From positions 21,764,001-21,828,000 of the forward strand of contig CM119372.1 in NCBI GenBank assembly GCA_051294905.1: a stretch of DNA of 64,000 nt, in the 5' to 3' direction. Under the pieces are notes generated by a model. That model had not been told where the DNA came from. It did not search any database and saw only the letters and a list, made by a program, of their open reading frames with translations. Below are positions 36,649 to 51,037 of this stretch, in pieces. Origin of the DNA: Botryllus schlosseri (Eukaryota). The translations under genes were made by a program, and so were the position numbers. How positions within the stretch are numbered: the stretch's first letter is position 1; each line of letters opens with the position of its first letter.

Positions 36649-37556
36649 TAAGGATGGTGTGAAGCTATGAAAGGTTCAGGTTCGGGTGAACGCGAACCTT
36701 TTTGAAAGGTTCTGTGCGAACGCGAACGTGAACCTCATGCGACGTCAAATTTCTAGTTCCAACCCTACATTTCAGTGAAGTGATAGCCTATATAATTGTA
36801 CACGATACCTAGCGACGACTCGGGCCACATAATGCCTCAATGCTGAAGTACATATTGACGTTTCAAACGTCGCCAAATGTATCAACTGGGGCAATCAAAT
36901 GATATAATAATCCCATAACATCGATATGTTCCGTAGCTTTGCCACCAATTTCGGCGAGGACTTGCAAGGGAATATAAGGTTGTGCCTTAACGGTCTAGGC
37001 CAGACTGGACAATGTATTCGGAGTCTGAGTATTGCTACGTTGCTATTGAGCAGAGTGTAAAATGGGTTACTATACTTGCTACCGATATCACCCCATTAAC
37101 AAGTTATACAGGGGTCAACATCACGATCGCACGAATTTGGTTTTTATGATACAATAAGCATCATTCGCTGACTACATGTAGTGTATTTGGCTTTAGGTGT
37201 TGTGTTATTACAGGTCAAGCTCACAGCAGAGAGTCACTAAATAGGCTATTCACAAACGAAAAGCAGGATATTTCGAGTAAACTTTTGTAACAAAGCAAGT
37301 AGAATTTTTGAGATTGTCAAGGTGCATGCTCGCTTGCTGTTGATTTTTTTTAATGCTGTCAGCGCCATGCACAGAGTGTCCTGCCGTTGAAATGCAATAA
37401 ATTTCTTACAAAAATGTTATAATGAAGTGAAAATTGTAACATATGAAAAAGTTTCACAGTGCAGAACCTACCAAGTTTCGTTTGTGAACGTGAGCGTCTA
37501 AATTTCTGAGGTTCACTCACAGAACGCGAACGTGAACCTCACGTTCACACAATCCG
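36649..37556. mobile_element. degenerate MITE with GTGAAC/GCGAAC repeats at both ends
   Basis: Repeat clusters at 36675-36735 and 37485-37550. Termini and TSD are not cleanly resolved. Confidence 0.5.
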
Positions 37557-37699
37557 CAGTAACCACTTTAACAAAAGGGTAGATTATGAAAAAAAGGTTG
37601 TGTAGGGTCACAAACAGGCACAAAACCCAAATATATGGGCTCTGTGGCGCGGGATATCACATTGACGATTATGAATTTCTACGATGTATAGCTAACTGC

Positions 37700-38174
37700 T
37701 AGTGCGAGTGGATCGACAAATTTTCTGGTCCGATTTCGATCCTGTTTTTCAATTCTCTGGTCCGACTCCGATCCGATTCCTGGGCCGGATTTTTGAAATG
37801 ACACGGATCCGATCCTGAAAACTCCGATAATATTCATGTACGGTTACCTACTTCTAGTGAACTACAAAAACGGTAGATCACACGGTACGGCATGCAGGAT
37901 ATATTGCAACAAAACAAACATGACATCAAAAACTCGCAGGTGTGTATTGAATATTAAAACTATCACACTCTACACAAGTGAGGTTGGTGGTTACTAGTTA
38001 CAACAGTTATGCTCCTCAATAACAATTCTGACCGTATTATAAAAAGTACTAACCCGACTCCGATCCGACTCCGGCCGCATCATAAAAAATGCTGATCCGT
38101 CCGAACAGGCTCCGGCCAATAATGAGAAAATCCTGCCGGATATCCAATCCAGCACCGATCCATGCCCCACTCTA
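37700..38174. mobile_element. degenerate MITE with CCGAT repeats
   Basis: CCGATCCG clusters at 37730-37830 and 38055-38160. Imperfect ends TAGTGCGAGTGGATCG / CGATCCATGCCCCACTCTA. Confidence 0.45.
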
Positions 38175-38728
38175 CCAACTACACCTAAAATTTCGTCTAT
38201 GGCTTCGACCGCTAGCTGACTGGCAATTATTAGTGTTATTTTGTAGCCAACAGATTCAAATAACACGATTCCTAATCTTGTATTATGCTTCGAGTCAAGT
38301 CGCATACTCGAGTTCCGCATGTTATGACGATATAACGGTAGTGACGATGTTGAAAATTTGTAACCTGGAATGCGACCTCAAAAAAAAAGAATGTCAGGTC
38401 TACACAGCGTAAAGATACTTTGTTATCTTCGGCCATACCTATTTTATTGCATTTTTTGACGATGATGTGGGTTGATAGCAATTTCACATACATGTAATTG
38501 CCACTAACTTGCATTGCACTACAAGCTTCGGATGATGTGATATACGGCCAATCTGACTTTCACGATTTCCACGGCGGAAATATCCAAACTGTAATGTGAG
38601 TTTTAGTTGTGGAAAATGTCGTAAATTTCATTATTAATCCTCGAATCAGATTCGAGTTCGATTTCGACTTATTATGCCCAGTCTTTATGAATATGTTTGA
38701 ATCGCTTTAGTGCGCCATAACTCTCGAT

Positions 38729-40345
38729 CAGCACCGTAACTGCCGCACCCCAAACCCCCCAATTGGGGGGGGGCGAGCTCGATGGGGGCCAAAATTATTT
38801 CGTGAATTAGCATAAATCATAGAGTATTTTTTTTGAAAATTTATGCAATTTTTCAAAAATTTTTCTCGCTGCGCGCGAATTCACGTAGCCGTTTATCTTT
38901 CCTATTGGGTATTGGGCCATTACCGCGCCACGACCCACCAAGACATACAATCAAGTTTTAGGCCATATAACATGCGACTCCAAGAAGTGTGCCAGAACGA
39001 TTGGCAGCGAGAAACGCTTGGCCGAAAAGGTCTATGCCCTTATGCAGATCAAAGACTTCGCTATATATACAAAATACATATAGGTTAAATTGTCCATAGG
39101 CGCCTAAATGACTGGCGCCGAATGTTCCTGTCTTTGCAATCTGAACCTCACAAGACAAATACCATCCCGCTGGGAAAAATTTTATGCCAGTGCAGAAATA
39201 CCAATTTTAAATCGTGTGCTTCTCTTAGTTTAGAAGCCTACGTTTGGGCGGTTCTATATTTTTTGATATAGCAGACTTGAAGTCACGAAATAACATCATG
39301 TAACGAAGTCATATCAACGGTTCCGCCCGCCCGAAGATGTTTAATCATTATTTACGGGCCCTCCCGTTTTGAAGACACTCCACTCAGCTCTACCGGTAAA
39401 TCTAATTACGTGAGTAGAGAGGACAATAAATTGATAGCATATTATATATGCAGTCGCCGATCTGATTTACCGATTTTATCATAAATTATCGAAAATTTTC
39501 GCGCTTGGCGCTGGTTCTCAATACCGTACGGGTAATTTCGTGACAAACGCGAACAACGTGATGGGGGGGGGGTCGTTTAATCACCCTATGGGAGCCCAAC
39601 ACCCACGTTTTGGGGGCCTGACGAGGTGCTGTTTCGTTCCTGCCAACGGGTATACGCCCGAAGATGTTTAATTATTATTGAGTGGTCCTACCTTTTCAAA
39701 CACACCTCACTCAGCTCTACCGGCAAATCTGATTACGTGAGTAGAGAGGACAATATATTGATAGTATATTATATATGCAGTCGCCGATCTGATTGACCGA
39801 TTTTTTCATAAATTAGCGAAAATTTTCGCGCTTGGCGCTGGCTCACTATACAGTACGGGTAATTTCGTGACAAACGTGAACAACGTGATGGAGGGGGTCG
39901 TTTTATCACCCTATGGGAGCCCAAGACCCACGTTTTTGGGGGCCTGACGAGGTGCTGTTTTGTTCCTGCCAACGGGTATACGCCCGAAGGTGTTTAATTA
40001 TTATTGAGTGGTCCTACCTTTTTAAACACACCTCACTCAGCTCTACCGGCAAATCTGATTACGTGAGCAGAGAGAAGATAAAAATTGATAACAATATATG
40101 CAATTCCCGATCATACTGACCGATGAAATCATGAATTCTAGAAATTTTGCGCGCTTCGCTCGCTTAGGCGACAAAAGCTGACTCACTAAAGAAACTCCCA
40201 ATGAATAGGATGAATAGTGGTGAACAGTGTATCGCCGGAGGGGGGTCTGGGGGGCGAAGCCCCCCAGACGTTCGATCTATAACACTATGGGGGGGCCAAT
40301 GCCAAAGTTTTGGGGGGGGACTGACGAAGTGCTGTTACGGCCCTG
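38729..40345. mobile_element. hAT-type element (CAGGGCCGTAAC-type ends), copy 2, with an internal ~326-bp tandem repeat
   Basis: Perfect TSD CTCTCGAT. Repeat units start at ~39330, ~39657 and ~39983 (partial). Confidence 0.9.
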
Positions 40346-41342
40346 CTCTCGATAAGAGGCAATCACAAAGTCATCGAGTTGTATCAAATGCATTGCTACA
40401 ATTCGATGAATTCCTTCCGATCATGAGCAGTTAGTCGGCCACACCTTATGCACGATGTGTTTTCGTCTCCATTTAAATTTCTCACCTATTTTCAAATCAT
40501 TCATATCGTAGCTATCATGTGTCTTCAATTTGCCTATACGTCGCAATTGCTGTGTGCGAGTAATATTGAAAATTGTGAGTTCAGTGAGCAAGAGAGTTTC
40601 GGGACCCTTACAGGTAGGCGGTGTTTAGATATAGCCAACAGCGTAGCAGTAGCTTAGTTGAGATATCATTGAGTCGTGTTTGTTCTGTATTAATATTTTA
40701 GGAGTCAGCAAACAGGTCATTAACACTTATGGTTTCGCTTAATATATTTAGCTTATCGACCTCGTATGCTTAGTACACATTCCTACATTCTTGTGTAGCC
40801 TGCACTACACAGTGTAAGCCAACATTGTGGTGGTGTTTGCTAATAGATATTAAGACTCAGTCGCTGTACGTAAATAGAATATGAACACTTGGCGTCAGTT
40901 TCCGACTTTCAAAACGATAATTACTTCATTGTATTCGGCATTTCCTTATTAGCATGACAGGACTAAGTATTATGCTTATTTGGCGTTCCCCGAGGACAGT
41001 GTCGTGAGCTGTCAGAGTTCTTTGCATTATTCCCACTATATATATCTTTTCCACAAAATGGAGTATACCCATTATCAGCTATAATACTGAAACGTTCATG
41101 TAGCTATCATATTACGTGAATATAAAATAACTGCTATTACAGTTCAGGCTTCACGAAGCGTCTCATCGTGTCAGTACCACAGGCCGAATTAAGCAAAACA
41201 GCCCTTTTTCCGATATTAACTTTTTAAACCTGTCATACCTATAGTCACGAGTCTTATCTTAATGTCCAATAGGCCTACACGCTATTATTTTATTGTTGTT
41301 ATTTCATATGTAACATGGTAAGTGTTCCATTTAAAACAAAAA

Positions 41343-44003
41343 CACTGGCCAACAGAATGAAAACAAAATTGGCAAAACATCTAGGAGTCGATCGTTTCTG
41401 GGGTTTTCATGGTTGCTGATTACAAATATCACATTAGTTTGACAGATTGGCTCTAGTTTAGAAGATACCCCTAAAAAAGCCCAAAATAACTGCATTTACC
41501 CCAGGATTTTTTACTTGTTAGGAAGTAAATAGAGCCTTTTTCTACTTTTATACTGCGCATAAATATATAATTGACTATGAAGAACCCTCATGTCGTTCTC
41601 ATTCGTTCCATCAATATTAACATGACCTGATGCGAGATCTTTGTACGTCAAAAAGCAGTTTGTCAAACTAAAAATTGTAATTTTACACAACAGAAATGTA
41701 TTTTCTCCTCCTCCATTCTATCAAGATGAAAGAGGGGTATAAAGCTATGAAATTTGTCCTTAAAAAGCTTAACTACAATACTCATATGCGTCTCATCTCT
41801 TTTGACTTGTAAACGGATAATTCTCCGCTGAGCCAACAAAGTGGGACACCTAGTATCCCTGTCAAACGATAAGTTTAAACCTAGTATCTTTGATGGACCT
41901 CAGATCCGAATACGGATGGACAATTCCAATTTCATATTAGCAAAAAAAGAGCTTAGTGCATGGAATTTCTTAGGATGTAGTAAATTAAAATCTTTGGAAG
42001 ATCACAAAGCACCCAACTACAACAGTTGGTCCGGAAATTGGTATCTGCTTATGGAAAACTTGAGCAAACATGAGCATTAAAGTTCACTTCTTGATCAGCA
42101 ATTTTGATACATTTCCTGATCATCTTGTTGATAAGAGGGAATAGCAAGGGGAAAGGTTCTACCAAGACATTATAGCAACAAGAGAAAGATGATATGAATA
42201 TATTATGGGATACTGTTGCTGGAACCTTTCAAGAAACTGCATTAAATTGCTTTCAAGTGAAATTCGTACATGAAACAATTTTTGTTTCACGATAAATTAC
42301 TAATATTATATTCCAACAGATAATTTTGAATTAACAATAGGTCGTTGAAGTAAACTGATTGAATTAATGAAGCGTTATTTGAGTACCGAGGTAAATACTT
42401 ATATCTTTGATTGGAGTTAATTTACTCACATGATATCAGTGAAAGTCCCCAACTATGCTAAATCGAATACCCGTAAATATAATGCTGCCGCTGTATTTTG
42501 ATTTAAAACAGTCTTCAGTGTGTAGAAATAACAAATAGATTGAATTTTTGAACTTTATTGTACGACCGAGTCGAATTTTTATCTAGCCCAGTGGTTCCCA
42601 ACGTGGGCGATATCGCCCCCCAGTGGGCGATTCTGAGAAACAAGGGGACGAAAATGCCAAAGGGGGCGACTGGGGGGGGGCGATGGAGGGCGAAAATGTT
42701 AGAACGTCCTGTGAGATATATTTAATTAACACGGTCAAAAAAAACATACGTAAAGGCGGCTTATTCTGCATATGACACGAACGTTGACTAAAAAAAGGTC
42801 ATAACTAGGGCGATTTTTTTAAAATGTCAAAACAAGTTAAAATTTTGTCAAAATTGTAGCGTTACGGAAATAAATTGTCAAAATTGTTTACAATGTCAAA
42901 AAAAATTTGCCACCTGCATTTCGTCTGTATCTTAAATGTTTGTATATCGTCGGTGAGCTTATACGACATTTTACAGCTTTTAGCCTGCTTTATAAGCCTT
43001 CCGTTGTACACGGCACATTATCCGCTCATTGCGAATCATGAATGGCCAAATGAAGCAAATATGTTGACATGGTTTTATGCTGAACGTACCGCAATATCCT
43101 AACTGAAGCGAAGCTGCGTGGGCATTGGTTCTCTTATCAAGAAGCGCATGATGAAAAATTGTGATGTAGACAACATTGTCAGAATGAAGCAACACGACGT
43201 GTCACCAGCAGTGTACCTGTACGCACAACTTCAGTGAAAGACAGACATTTTCTACCCGAGAATGTAAGAAAGTGTCTTTCGTTGTACTACAACAAATTTT
43301 AATTATTTCTACCATATTGCGTGATGTAACTACTGGAATTCATCATAGGTCCAGATTTCATTAAAATAAAGTTTTTTCAAGTAAAAATTTGTTAGTTTCC
43401 AAGTCAAATAAGTTTTTTCAGGCCAAACTACTTTGTAAGGAAAGACAGTTCCAACCACAAATGAAGATAAGTTGTACAATTCTAACATTATGTGGGAAAA
43501 TACCTAATTTACATACATGAGGTAACAATTTGGTCAAAATTAAGTTTTTATGGTCAAAAAATGTCAAAATTGTGATGTTTTAGGTCAAAATCTTCCCTTG
43601 GATAAAAAATCGCCTATAGTCATAACTAAACGGAAAATGGACTCGCAAACCGATTTTCAGAGAATCTGCTCGGATCGATGACCTTATTTTTAGTCAATTC
43701 ACCGGCGATCAGAGTTAGATGAATAAATTTCCCGTATATATGTCCTCTTTTTTAGATCCGTAAATATTGGGGGGCGAACATTCTTGTTGAGCTTGAGAAG
43801 GGGGCGATTATTCAAAAAAGGTTGGGAACCATTTATCTAGCCCCTTCAGCGAAAACATGAGATTTTATTCGAAATAGCCCCATGGGTTATCTCCGAAACT
43901 AGAGCCAATTTGAAAAAACTAAGGCCTTATTCAGAATCAGTGCCCTTCAAAATCCCCAAAACCACTTTTACTTTGTCTGCCTAGAAATATGTGTTGACCA
44001 GTG
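41343..44003 (+). mobile_element. Chapaev3-like (CMC) transposon relic, copy 2, with nested MITEs
   Basis: Ends CACTGGCCAACA / TGTTGACCAGTG. Remnants SIFDGPQIR (~41883), MSIKVHFLISNFDTFPDHLVDKRE*QGERFYQDI (~42070-42171) and MGYCCWNL. Inverted homologue of 33190-34552. Confidence 0.78.
42589..43834. mobile_element. hAT MITE (GGGGCG-rich family) with a further nested insertion (~42806-43618)
   Basis: Perfect TSD ATCTAGCC. The inner insert is flanked by GTCATAAC direct repeats and has GGCGATTTTT / AAAAATCGCC inverted ends. Confidence 0.82.
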
Positions 44004-46667
44004 AAATCAATTCAAAACAAACATGGTTAAAAGATGGCCCTTGTTTAATATATGTTTAATTGCTTTTATTTTGTATTTTAGTCAAAGACGTCACGAATTC
44101 CTAATTGTGACGTCACGACAGATTTCCACTCACAATTGAAAAAGTAGGGCAAATATGGCTCCTTCGACGAAAAGGGATTCCGAGCTCTGTCTTAAACAGA
44201 CCAAAAAAATCTTTAACCGGGACTAGATCGTATTTGAATTTGTCATTGTGAATGTCACTTTCAAGGCAGTTTCTCAGCGTAGATCAGGGAGACAATGTGT
44301 GTGTTTGAGAACTACATTGTCCTACAAGCGTCGCCATGTCTGCTATTTCTTTGATCAATCGTGCAGTCCAAGATTTCGAGGTGAGCGATGGCGGGTAGTT
44401 CGAACTCCCACTGGTGTTAGTCGCCGACGTGACGGAAACTTAAATTTGGGTATTTTTAAAAGGGGGGCAACGAGCCCCTAGCCCTGAATACCCCACTGTC
44501 TTGATATCTCGAAGACATGTTTATGCTATCACGAGAATAATTATTCCGGTCGTCATCAAAATTTACTAACAAGTTGCTGCAATATTGATAAATTTGTCAA
44601 AGAGTTATATGTTACAGCCTACCCAAAAGAGTCATATATGGCTCGCGAACCGTAGGCTCCTGACCACTGAACTAGAGATTGCAAACAGAAGTATGGAAGA
44701 AATGGTTGTGATAACCAAACGCATAATTTTCAACTTTCATATAATACATCTCGAACTCCTGTCAAGCGAATATCTGGTTTTTGAAGAGATATAAAATACA
44801 TATAGGCAAGGTTGTAATGACTCGAAGTCATGAGTCGCGATTTTCTGATGACTCGACTTGACTCTAGTCATTTTCTCAAAATATGGAAATGACTCGACTC
44901 GACTTGGACCTCGACTCGGACCAAGTCACATGACTCGAGTCTCAAACGACCAAGTCCGACATTTCATTGTACTTTCGAAGAATATTTAAGTAACCACAAT
45001 GTTGGTTTTTCGACTATTGTTACTGTTACTTGAAAATGCGATCAGAAACCGTTATAAGTGAGAAAAATTGGTATATTTTGAATGCGAACCAATCGATAAT
45101 AATATTCGTCGAGCTTTATTTTCATGTGAACAAGAAACACACAATGTAGAATGCGATAAGACACAATGCGATGTAACGAACAGATAAGAGGATGTCGAAC
45201 GACGCGCAGTTGCGGTCTCTTAGACTGACATCCTCCCGGCCTAGACTGCGCGATGTCACAGTTCTTTTCAATGTTGGTCTTTTCGAAGGCGCGGCCCTTT
45301 CCAATTCTTTCCATTCCTTGTGAGTGCTTTCTTTCGTCGGGTCTTTTTCTGGGCTTTTTTGTCGCCGTAAGAACGACGACCACTATACGCTATCTCCCCC
45401 GCTCACCACTACGCTCTCTACTTACTTGAGTAATATTCAACGCCCCTTTTGGTCCGTCAAGGCCCCCGCGGACACCAAGGCTTAGTTCAAATTTAGCTTA
45501 GTTTTCCTGCAACCGTAATTAGTCTTGTGCAATTTTTAGCTGTAGGCTAGTGTAAACTGCAACAATGACGCTTTTCTTGAAAATAACACCATGCTATATG
45601 AAATTTGTGAAGATTTATTTTGTTTCAGATCGAATTCCGTTTGTGGGATTTCTGCAGCTCGATGACACTAGAAAGTTGTAAAATACGAGTTCTTGGAAAT
45701 CCACGCCTTCGAGTTGATATGAACGAGAGTCAAAAATCCACTTTCACTTTTCACAACAATAGGCAGAGGATAATTGAATAATATGGCGCAACGCTTACGA
45801 CGGCACCTTAAGCATGACCGCGACACGTGGCACCAAATTTGAGAAGCAGATTTTAGAATGAGCATATCACGTCCAGCATAGCCATTTCTATCAGGCGGGT
45901 CATCTTGAAGTTCTTTCGGAATAGTGGTTTCACTAATTTTCCGAAAACCACAGCTTCAAATCCAGAAAGTTGAGCAAACATTGGAAGTTATACCATGATT
46001 GATCTTTCTATTACAAATGTTCATCTTTCCGATAAACCCAATCTAAACATATCGAAACAGCAATATGTTTGCATCAATAGTTGTATTGCCAAGCGGGCAA
46101 TTGACATGATTTTGCAGTTAAGTGATCAATAATGTTGTAAATTTAGAGATTTCGCGGGCCCCATAAAATGCGTCCCCGCACGGTTACTAACTATTATACT
46201 ATATCATTGGTTCCCAACCTTTTTAAACACACATACCATTTCGAGGTTTCATGTAGTGCTCGCGTACCACCTACATAAGTTACGCGCGCCGAAGGCGGTC
46301 AGAAGATGTTTTCACGTGTTGAGTTGTCGAAGGCAGCGAAACAGAAAATAAACTTCCCATTTTGAGGCGCGGAATATGATTTCTGTAGTGGATTCATTTG
46401 GGATTCTTGTGGTCAAATATATTGAAATGGAATTTGGTCAGGTAAGAATCCCAATGCTTTACGACTAGATCTCTTCTCCGTAGGCCGTCATTGGTGGGAT
46501 TGCCCTTACCCACGACGACGACGACGACGACGGCTTCAAAAAACTCATAATTAACCCCACCTGAACTAATAACTCCCTTCGATCGAAAAATAAAACAGAA
46601 TCTACTCATGTACCGCCTGGAAGACCTTCGCGTACCACTAGTACAGTACGACCACTAGTTCGTAGTA

Positions 46668-47639
46668 CGTAGGGGAGATGTGGTACCGATGGATCACTGG
46701 GACCGAAAATACTTGAAAAATTCTCCATGATAATTCCATGATTACACTCCGTGAATTTGTCTACAATTACATGCTGACAGAATCTTTCCTCACATGCAAA
46801 AAAATTCGACCTGCGTGAGTTATGGGGTCTGTGACGAATGATTTACGTTTTAGGGCGTGTAAAGTAAATTTGGATCGACACATGCATATTTCTATATCAC
46901 CTTTCAGACTAACAAACCCGACATAATTTTTGATGTGAGGTATAGGGCTTGTATCAGGGTATATAATGGCCCATCTTTTTTGAATCAATACCATCCTCGA
47001 GTGGACTGTTTTCAAGTCAATTACAATATTTATGGGGTGGGGGACCTATGGTGCCATAGCCAAATCAAGCGAAATAGATGCACCAACTAATCACTTAACA
47101 ACAGAAACTCGCCTACATATATATAGGCTGTATATCATAGGTACCTGTGGTGCTTTATCGCTATTACAAGGTATTTGAAAGTCAAAATGTCGATTTGCGG
47201 GTAATATGTATGTGGCATTAATTTTGTAAGTTTAGGCGTAAATCAAAACATGATTCTATGCCAACATTTCAGTTGATAAAATCTATATTATTCTTGAAGG
47301 TCCCGACGAAACATTCTTCATTGGCTTGCTGTAGCTTAGCTTATAGTACACAACAAATCAAGTTAACAAATTTGTGTTTTTGATCGTATGTCTCATCGGT
47401 CCCATGGTCGTTTGCCTTTGGACCCACCGGGTCGGGACCGATGACACGTTCGAGTAACAAATTTTAAACGTTTATGAATATTTTTTCAAAAGGCGGATGT
47501 TCATTTAAATGTCCGCGATAGGTAGAGCTTGTATCGAAGTGTTGATACAGCAAAAGATCTGCTATTCTCGGCTAAAGATTAAAGGGCCAGAGATGATTTT
47601 GCAATTTTTGATTCATCGGTATCACATCTCCCCCTACCA
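46668..47639. mobile_element. Tc1/pogo-like MITE
   Basis: TIRs GTAGGGGAGATGTGGTACCGATG / CATCGGTATCACATCTCCCCCTAC, flanked by TA. Confidence 0.7.
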
Positions 47640-48622
47640 TACGGTCGGACTTGCGTTCGCCTCGGTTATCGACGATAGAATGATTGAATATTGACAGCGT
47701 TAAAATGGACGGATTGGGTGAATATATTATTTCGGGGAATACTTGTGAAGACACTGAATGTTCTGTATAGAATGGTCCTATGTATTATATATTTGGATCA
47801 ACCGTTAGCATATACAGAAATTCTGTGATTTGCTTCTTAAACAGTGAAATTCCATCCCATTAGTTATTCAGTCATCGAACTTTCGAAAAATCCCCCGTAG
47901 TAGCTTTCGTGGCATTTTGTATATGTCTTTACCAACTGAAGTTGCGCTTCCCACGGGTTTGTAATATTTGCACTATTTTATTCGCATCAAAATGGACGGA
48001 AAGTATAGGAAATATAGTTAGGACAACCATTCTAAGTATAGTACTGTCTTGTCTATGTGACGTAGGTTTATTCCAGTCATGTTCAGATGCAAACATCATG
48101 TAAAAACATGCAGAAGGGGTCAGGACATTCTTGGTAATTAAACTATGTTGATCTTAGGAATTCCTCGCATTTTATTACACGGGAACTATACATAGTGCTA
48201 TCCTTCCAAATTTGTTACGCGGCAAAATGGCAATTGACCATCCAAATGGGTGCAATTTTTGAAGATATATGTATGTATATATGTATAAGTATGAAAAGTA
48301 TTCAGTTTTGCATAAAAACTGTTTGATAATAGTAGAAGTAGCCTATAGCCTAGAGAAACATAACAACTTTACTAATTAGTACAAGTAGGCAGAAACTACT
48401 ACCAAGAGTATTCCAAAATGTAGAATAACTTCGTTACTGTCCGCCTGTGGCTTCAGTTTGAAGATGAGATACGACTTTAAAGTAAAATAAATCCTCCAAT
48501 TTGAAAACCTACCGACGTTAACCATTTTCAATATTGTATGGTTACGAAATGATCTGACGAATCATTGAACTAAAATTGACTTGGAATCTTCCTGTTGAAA
48601 ACTGTTCCTAGTTCGTTTAAGT

Positions 48623-48934
48623 CAGTGGTTCCCAACGTGGGCGATTTGGCGGTCTAGGGGGGCGAAAATGACGAAGGGAGCGAAAATAGCGAAGGGGCAA
48701 TAGGGGGGGCGATGACGCGTCAAAACGGCTGACCTGTTTTTTTTTTTTTTAGTCAACCCACGGAAATTTAGTTACAAAAGTGTGTCAAATTAGACATCGA
48801 GCCGAAAATTTGCCTTTTTTTTTTAGTCAACCCGCCGGTGATTACAGTTTGTATGCGCAATTTAATTTGGGGGGCGATGATCGGTGTTGACCTTGAAAAG
48901 GGGGCGATGGGTCGAAAAAGGTTGGGAACCACTG
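48623..48934. mobile_element. hAT MITE (GGGGCG-rich family)
   Basis: TIR CAGTGGTTCCCAAC. Perfect TSD GTTTAAGT. Confidence 0.9.
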
Positions 48935-49099
48935 GTTTAAGTCGACTAGTATGAAATGGAATCAGTTTATAGATTACTAGCCTTGCTATTTTGTGGCCAC
49001 GAACTTTTCAGAATATGACTATTCAGACATCAGAATTGTTAGTGGTACAGTATTTTATACCAATTCTAATATTTTTCTCAAATATATGGTTCGCTTTGA

Positions 49100-50300
49100 A
49101 AAAAGGTTGGGAACCACTGCGGCCCGCGAATATGTGTGTATATGGTATGGATTAAGAAAGAGATTCCGATGGCTGGCTCTATCTGTGACAAACTGTACTG
49201 GCAGCTTATTCCAAGATTTCTGTCTCCTGTAAATTCCGAATGCCAAATGCAATCGGTGTGGAACCGGTGATGCAAACAGTGATAAGTTTTCTACCTATTT
49301 AGACACGGCAGCACATGATATATGTGGCGCGGAGTATCATATTTTTGATTTCAGATTTCGCCATGATCAACTGGTAGTGGTTCTCAACCATAAGGTGCCG
49401 ATCGAACTGTTTATGTTTACTGCTAGACGGGTTGCATAAAGAAATTACGGACCTTCAAATACTGAGTTCTGAGTAACAACTGATGACTAAAAACGGTTAA
49501 TCTACGCTACACTGTTCCGGTCCAAATTTGGTGACGGTATCATCACCAACAACGAGGTGGTGCAATCGAGGCTTGGCGGAAAGGTATGACCTTTTTTTAA
49601 TCTCTATACAACATCCTAATCTGGGACTGGACAGTGATTTGAAGCAGTTGACGACCTTTTTTTAGTCGCCAGCTTAAAAAATATTGCACGCATTGTAATC
49701 GAAGTGCTTGGTTACCGCAAACTATTTTTCCATTCCGGCGGGCGCCGCGGGGTCAAAAACGTTGAGAACCAGAACTAGAGCACCGATTCCGAATGACTAT
49801 TTTCTGCAAGTCTTTACAAAATCATCCTCATGTTAATGTTGACATGTATTTTACGTCATGCCTCGTCAATTAAATGAGAAATAGAGTTTCAGGGCTAGTA
49901 CAGAGAGGCAATATTTAAATTAGCGAATCAAGGATGCAAATTACGTATTTATCTAACATTGGGGCAATAGGAATGAGCAAATATTACACTGACAGACATC
50001 GTTTGCGTTGAGTATAAATAGATTGTCGACATTTTAGGTTTAGGACATGTCTTGCATTCTTGTTGGCTCAAGAAACCTTGAAGGTATTGTTTGCTAATAA
50101 ATATTTGTCTGTGTACTATCAACTATGTTGACACAACTTGAATATGTGGTTTGAGTTTCGGATTTACCATATGGGTGTTACTTTATCATACTAGGGATTT
50201 TTTGCATACACATCACAAGACTGAATAATAATAATATTTATTTGACGATAAGTAACATCTAATAGCCTACCATACTTCGTGCTCCTCGCGCCTATATTTT
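49100..50300 (+). repeat. third copy of the distal part of the duplicated IL-17 unit
   Basis: 49100-49215 matches 56425-56535. 49375-50295 matches 4453-4871 plus 5434-5990 in the same order. Confidence 0.8.
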
Positions 50301-51037
50301 ATAGAGCTGTGGTTCTTAAACTGTTTGGCCCGCGACCAAAATCTGAGTTTAATGGCATCTCGCGACCCAAGCGCCACACACTAAAATGAATGCATATACT
50401 ACATTATTGCATAGAGAACGCGCAGACGACAGTTGTACGCAACGCAGCTCTATGAGACATTTCTCAGATTGAAAGGATGGAACTGTGTCAGTTCCGACCA
50501 TTTCCACGACCGCACATATCAATATCCAAGGACTTGGCCAATAAAAGGTCGTCTTTGTCTGCCAAGGGTTTATCACCACAGATCTTGTCGGCACCATACT
50601 TTTCACGCCCATGTGTTGCCTAAAACTTCATATGTTCCGGCGCGGTTGGGGTTAACCTCGAAATACATGTGTTCCATAGTCCTGCACCGGCTTGTTGCAC
50701 ACCCTTATACTAAAGATGGCCGGTAGCAGTTACCACAGAGAAACCATTGTCAAATAACTTTTATCATGAATTCAAACAAATTTGTGAAATACGAAGGGCG
50801 AAACATTTTCATGATCAAGCCATATTGTATAGTAACGACTTTTCTCCGTTTCTCGCTTATTGTCTATGATACCCAACACAGTGACCGCGGATATGCAAAC
50901 ATATCCAGAGGAAATCGCGCCAATCGCGAAGAATTAACACGCAGCATGAAATTCAACAAGTATTGCATACATATTAGAATATCGCTCTGGTGCTGTCGCG
51001 ACCCAAAACTATACCCTTCGCGACCGATGATATAGAG

